In this document: positions 56,771 to 64,000 of the stretch, one piece after another
Layout of the letters: the number at the start of each line of letters is the position of its first letter
How positions within the stretch are numbered: position 1 is the stretch's first letter
Origin: Octopus vulgaris
Taxonomy: Eukaryota
Assembly: GCA_951406725.2 (NCBI GenBank)
Contig: OX597837.1
Coordinates: 1,674,001 to 1,738,000, forward strand
Direction of reading: 5' to 3'
DNA: 64,000 nucleotides
The notes under the pieces: model-generated
The model's database searches: none
What the model saw: the letters and a program-made list of their open reading frames with translations, nothing else
Told to the model about the DNA's origin: nothing
Program-made: the position numbers and the translations under genes

Positions 56771-57849
56771 TATTAATGTATGTAAAAGGTTCTAAGAAGG
56801 TAGCAAGACGTGGTTTTACCAGTGTAAGACGGCATCTTTGATGCAGGTGTGAAGCGGTACGACTCGAATGTTTGAAACGGCAAATATTGCGTAAATTTTT
56901 TCTTGGAACATTCACGTGAACTGGCGTTGAAATCAAAGCTGCTACAGAAACAATTGTAACTGGTCTTTAAAGATGTGATAAACTCTTTCTTTGTATTCTT
57001 GTTTGGATTGTGTATGTGTGTGTATACACACACGCAGAATGAGAGAAAGATCGTAAAGCGTGTACGTATGCATGTATATCTTCACATAAATTTTTACTTT
57101 CTTTATATGTGTGTGTGTGAACGTGTTCTCTATCTGAAACGAATACCACATACACACCACGAAAGCGACCGGAAACAGTAAAATCTATAAAAAAAAGACG
57201 TATAAAAAATAAAAACAAATACCTTTTCTTCATCGATATTTTGGTCAGAAATAAATTAAATAAACAGTTAAAAATTTATAGAAAGACAGACGAAAAATAG
57301 ATTCATAAAAAATATATAAATAATGAAATATTGGTATATTTCTTGTATTTTTGATTGCTTTTTTTTTTTTTTTCCAAGAAAATATTTCCGGAAACAATAA
57401 CATGAAATCGATAAAATATCAAATTTCAAGCTTTTTTGCTTGTTTAGTTGTGTTATGTTTTTGTTCGTTTTGTGGAAAATGAATACATAAATATGAAAAT
57501 AAATATAGAATAAATAAATAGAATATAAAAAAAAGAATATATATACTTTTAAAAACATATAAAGAAAACAAGAAATAAATAACAAATCTTTATTTTATTT
57601 CCGTGTTTTTAGGTTTTGCGTTAGAATTTTTTTTGTTTACATCGTTTAAAAATATAACAAAAATGTAACAGCAAAAAATTATCAACAGAAAGAAAAGTAC
57701 ACATTTAACGCATACATAGAAATTATACACACATACAGACAAACATACATACATATATAACATACAAATATATAAGTTTATATCAATCCATACATACACA
57801 CACATATATACGTACACATGCATATACGCGTGTGTGTGTGTGGATATGG

Positions 57850-58212
<363 letters not shown>

Positions 58213-59115
58213 AACATATGTGTGTGTATGTATGTATATTGGAAATGTATCGAATTCTAAGCAAATATGATTTCTCTGAAAATGGACAGGAGAGTTTGTC
58301 GTTTGTCTTGGGATGAAAAATTGAAATCAGATGATAAGCAAGAAATTTAAGATGTCTTCTTGTCTTCTTTATCTAAGAAACGTAAAACGTATCTGTTTTT
58401 GTGTTTGCGGGCGTGGCGTGGGGTGTATCGTATCACGTGATATACTTTCGCTACCAAGAGACATTGTTTCTTAGTGGTTAAGTTCCTATTCTAGCAAACA
58501 TACACCAATACAAATATATAAACACACACACGTATACATCTCGACAGCTATCTACATGTGTGTGTGTATTTTTAGTGCCTATAAGTTGTTTCTGTACCGT
58601 TACTCACAATAGTAGGCGAGGAAATGGATACATCCACTTTTAACAAACTTTAATTATAGTCAGAGAAGCACGATAACTGTATGACGTAATAGCGATCCTG
58701 TTGTCGTGGAAACGTCCACGCGGTTTTAAAATCCGAGATTGCATCTATTCTTAAGTCGCTCGTTAATATTCATCATTGGTGTGGAGTGGTTTGTCTTACA
58801 TTCTTCTTTTAACCATCAACCATTTCATTCTGAACTGTTAATAAATATGTTGGCTTTGTATAAATCGAATATTATAACCTTTGAAGTCAGGTCTTTGAGT
58901 ATATATTTTTGCTTGTTTTAGCTGGCTATGTTGAGGTTGAAAGACGTTATGTGTTGGTGAGATCTCTTCATAGAGCATCGTTCTCGCATCTGGGGTGCTG
59001 CTGCTGTCAAACACAAGCACATGCCACATCAGGTATATACCTATACAACTGACAGGCATGCAGTTACTGAAAGCCTTATTTAAGTTGCTTCTCGTCTACT
59101 GGTACACACACATAC

Positions 59116-59197
<82 letters not shown>

Positions 59198-60228
59198 ATC
59201 TCCCTCTGCTTTTTCTACTGTACTACAATTGGCGCAGCACTTCGGAGCCATCTCTGCACAAATATTCTTGACCCATTTCTCTCTAATCATACTCGGCCCC
59301 TTTTTGTGTCCAGACACCGTAGTATTTACTACAGTCCTTGACCAGATCGTTGGCATCCTTGTATCCCCTTTCGACTCATTTCGCAGCAGTTTATGTCTAA
59401 AGGAGCAACAATGCCTCCAATTCCGCCAGTTAGTTGGGCCTACGGAATACCACGAGCGTTGTACCTTCCCCCAGACAGAGCAAGTCAGAAAATAGATTTG
59501 TCTCTAAATGAGTTTTCTGTTTTTGCCGATATGTGAAACTCTATTAAACCTTTCGTTCCTGTTGTAGTTTCTTGACTCAATTCAGTGGTCCGACGATCCA
59601 AGTGATACGAATCAGTGTTAAAACAATTGCACTTATCGCTTGGTTGGTTTATATTGTGGTAAAGATTGTAGCGTTGTGCTATGGAATGATTCTATTTTCC
59701 TCCAAGTCGTTGTCGAGTAGATAACATTTATGTCGTTCCTGTTGAATAATCTGCATAATTCATTGCTTCAGTAAAAGTGTCTGTTGTTTAAGGAAATTAT
59801 TTCGTTAAACTGATTATCGCGGTGGAGAAATATGGGTTAAATTAGTTCATATTTCTTGCCCTGACACAATCTGTTTTGTTGCTACTGACTGAAATGTATT
59901 CGCTTTTTTGAAGTGTTTTGTTGGAGAAATTTCGGAAGAGTAGCGGGCGGTAACTCGGCGAAGTCTTGAGGAAGGGGAATGTATCGGTCTCTTTTATCTC
60001 ATTGTCTGTATGGAACAGCGTGTATTTTTGTGCGGATGAATACATTTATCCGAGAATTACGTGGTTGTCTGTAGCAGAGCGATACAGTTTGTTTCTATAG
60101 GTGTGTATGTGTGTGTACTTAAGAAACGTATGTATATATATATATACATGTGTGTGTGCGTGCTTGTGTATGTGGGCATATATTTTCTCTCTATCTGTAT
60201 ATATATATATAAATATGTATATATGTGT

Positions 60229-60293
<65 letters not shown>

Positions 60294-60309
60294 TATACAT
60301 ATATATATA

Positions 60310-60720
60310 GGCGCAGGAGTGGCTGTGGTAAGTAGCTTGCTAACCAACCACATGGTTCCGGGTTCAGTCCCACTGCGTGGCACCTTTAGCAAGTGTCTTC
60401 TGCTATAGCCTCGGGCCGACCAATGCCTTGTGAGTGGATTTGGTAGACGGAAACTGAAAGAAGCCTGTCGTATATATGTATATAAATATATATATATGCA
60501 TGTGTGTGTTTGTGTGTCTGTGTTTGTCTCACTAGCATTGCTTGACAACCGATGCTGGTGTGTTTACGTACCCGTCACTTAGCGATTCGGCCAAAAGAGA
60601 CCGATAGAATAAGTACAGGGCTTACAAAGAATAAGTCCCGGGGTCGATTTGCTCGACTAAAGGCGGTGCTCCAGCATGGCCGCAGTCAAATGACTGAAAC
60701 AAGTAAAAAGAGTAAAAGAG
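60310..60720 (+). mobile_element. SINE A, full-length copy flanked by (TA)n
   Basis: Colinear with 28406-28824. Confidence 0.9.
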
Positions 60721-60996
60721 TATATATATATATATATATATGTATGTATATGTTGCACACCATATGATTAAATAACTTTTGAGACTGCCTGTATTCATTA
60801 AACCTTATTATAGTAACTTCTCAATAAACGGAGATGTTAGCTTGACATCTCACCGGCTTTTATTTGTTTTCTCTCTTTTAGTTATTTCTTATATATCAAT
60901 ATATAAATATATGTGTGTGTGTATGTGTATAAACATATATATATATATAACATATATATATATACATATATATTTTACATATATATATATATACTT

Positions 60997-61027
<31 letters not shown>

Positions 61028-62759
61028 CATACATACACATATTTAAATATAGTATAAAATCTTTGTAAGAATTTATCATGTAGTCAGCGTGAAAATCTTA
61101 TAAGGGAAAACTTTATAATTACTCCCTTTAAATATTTAATACACACACACGCGCACACACACGCACATATATATATGTACATGCATATATTTATATATAT
61201 ATATACATATATACATGCATATATAAATAATATATATATACATATACATATATATATATATACATGCATATATATAATATATATATATATACATATACAC
61301 ACACATATATATATAATACATATATACATACATATATATACACATATATTATATATATATATATATATATATAGATAGATATATACTTTCTGTTTTGTTC
61401 AATAATTCTATCACAATATTATCACTGACGTATCAGCTAATTTCTCATTATCAGTGATCGATAAAAATAATTACTTTCCAACCCAGTTAGGCAGAAGGCC
61501 ATAAACCTTGTTTGAAACTGCGCGGACGAATAATATTACTTCATCATACCGACCACTGTGTATTACTGGTACTACATTTTGTCTTTCGTCGACTGCACGA
61601 CGGCGAAAGACAAACTTGGCTTTGACGGAAAGAGATGCAAATAAAGAATGCGGCCTTCTTTTGCGTTGCTCTGTATTGATTGTTCTAATCACCAGCCCCA
61701 GATCGATAACTAAATAAGATCTGGAGCCGATTTATCCGAGTGGATTTTACACTTCTTCTTTGATAAAACAAAACTTTAAATATGGGTTGCTTTACCCTTG
61801 TGGCCCTGAAAAGAGCGTAAATGTTATGTAGATTCGTTGCAGATATTTTCATACAATTTCAAGCATTATAAACCCCACAAATACGAGTTTATCTTGAAAA
61901 TCTTGTTATTCGTAAGATTTTATGCAAAAATAGGGTTGATAAAACAAACGAAAATACTACTTACTAATATTTTTTTCGAAATTCATAATTTAAATTATTA
62001 CTAGACGTACAAAATATTTTTGGTTTCTAGGTGGGTGTATGAAAGTTTGGAAAATTTTATGATATATCAATGAATGGTATTTACAAAAACAAAAACAAAA
62101 CAAAAAAAGAATATGTACCAATCGAAGACTCCTGCAAGCCTCACTTTCTTTGGTTTCATATAATAACGCGTTGAAAACTGAGACAAAAACAATCTTGATG
62201 GTACCTGAAGAATTAACTTAAATTATATGAAGTAGGAATAGATTTATTTCATTTCAAGTACTGCCGCACGATATCAAAGACATTCACAACTTCTGTTTGA
62301 AATAAGTTTATGAAAACGGTGCTCAGAAAACAATAACGAGTCATTATAAGTTTCATTCATTCATATCTTTTGGAGCAAATAATTGAATTACCATTATTAT
62401 AACTATTTTGGCAACCATTTATAGAAATGACAGAGTAGAAATAATGGCAAATTTCAAGAATAAAAGCGCTTACAGTATTAACTCATGTCCCCCATTGTTT
62501 CGAAATTTGAGCACTGTTTAACGCCAGTAGCCTACCATTACATATAAATCTTTCTTCTGTAAAGTTATCTGCATGATCTTTGTACAAATTAATTCGTATC
62601 CAATTCTGGTGGTTCCGGAATAGAATCGATGGTTCCAGTGAATATATTAGCCAACGCTATAATGCCTATGGTTATAATTTATGAGAATGTATATAATATA
62701 TGTTTATAAAGCAACCATCGAATAGCATCACCGACACTTCTTGTGCTGCTTACCATTCT

Positions 62760-63151
62760 TCACTTCGGAATTAATTTGTTTTTCTCGTCCAAATTCTATA
62801 GTGGCTAAATTTACCTTTTATCCCATCAGGATCATCCAATAAAGTACCAGAAATCTACTGAGGTAGATATAATCGACTGTTCTGCCCCGACAGATTTCTA
62901 GTATTGTGTCTCTGCTAGAAACCTACCCTGAGCTAGTAGAATCGTTAGAGCGCCAGAAAGAAATATTTGTGCTAGTTGTCCCAACTGTTTACAATCTGCA
63001 CTCAAATTGCACTGGGGTAAACTTTGCCCAATAATGCCTCCCCTCCCCGGGCCAATAATATTATAATATCATATCAGTCAAGCACTGGGGACAATCATAA
63101 CAATTTAACCATCTCCTAAAAAAATTGCTGACCTCCTGACTAAATCAGAAA

Positions 63152-63212
<61 letters not shown>

Positions 63213-63830
63213 ATTAGCAGGACACCTAAGACGGCGAACTGGCAGAGTCGTTACCATGCTGAACGAAATGCTTAGCAGTATTTCGTCTCTCTTTACGTTT
63301 TGAGCTCAAATTCCGCCGAGGTCGACTTTGCCTTTCATTCTTTCGGGGTCGATAAATTAAGTAACAGTTGAGTACTGAGGTTGATGTAATCTACTTAACC
63401 TCTCCCACCAAATTTCAGGTCTTGTGCCTAGAGTAGAAAGGATTATTCGAGCTGGCAGAATCGTTAGCACGCCAAGCAAAATGCTCAGCGTCATTTTGCC
63501 CATCACTATGTTCTGAGTTCAAATTCCGCCGAGGTCAACCTTACCTTTCCTTCTTTCGGGGTCGATAAATTAAGTACCAGTTGAGTACTGGGGTCTATTT
63601 AATCGAGATGGCTCCCTCCCACCAAATTTCATGCCTTGTGCCTAGAGTAGAAAGGATGATAAGCACGACGGACAAAATGCTTACCAACGCTCTGAGTTGA
63701 AATTTAGTCAAGGTCGACTTTGACTTTCATCCTTTCGGGATCGATAAAATAAGTATAAGTGCTAGTTGAAAACTGGGGTCGACCCCACTCTCCTTAAGAT
63801 ACTAGCCTTGTTGCAAAAATTTGAAATCCT
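62760..63830 (+). mobile_element. Tandem array of about five SINE B copies of varied divergence
   Basis: Units at about 62760, 62930, 63231, 63448 and 63661, with (ATT)n/(ATC)n spacers. Confidence 0.8.
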
Positions 63831-64000
63831 CATCATCATCATCATCATCATTATTATCCTTATTATTACTATTGCTATTATTATTATTATCTTCATTATT
63901 ATTATTACCTTTCGAAGCGCCTCCCCCGATTGGGAGTTTTTCATTTTTATAAAATTTCGTTGTTACACTGTTTTTACACGGATTTTTTCAAACGGACAAA

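Noticed and set aside
58923-59032. Open phase-1 exon candidate AGYVEVERRY..
   Set aside because: Weak donor and no NGxxH motif; the similarity to YVEGG is probably chance.

Overview
AT-rich, microsatellite-dense animal genomic DNA. The SINE families, recognised from memory, suggest a cephalopod (Octopus-like) genome; this is inference. Nearly all ORFs in the supplied track are artefacts of (TA)n, (CA)n, (ATT)n or (TATG)n repeats or of SINEs. The only host gene I can support is a + strand multi-FAS1 (fasciclin) domain gene with three phase-compatible exons (20582-20729, 22499-22661, 36452-36566); its start and end were not found. The rest is transposon debris: three tRNA-like SINE families (here called A, B and C), RTE LINE 3' ends (one with a 15-bp TSD and an inverted 5' segment), four R4/Dong-like REL-endonuclease fragments in (TAA)n tracts, CR1- and Jockey-like ends, and mariner and piggyBac-like remnants. 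Several (TA)n-associated Penelope-like ends carry hammerhead-ribozyme motifs. The most interesting locus is 8167-9021. It holds an apparently intact type I hammerhead inside a ~188-bp inverted repeat, and the inverted block copies two downstream segments in circularly permuted order.
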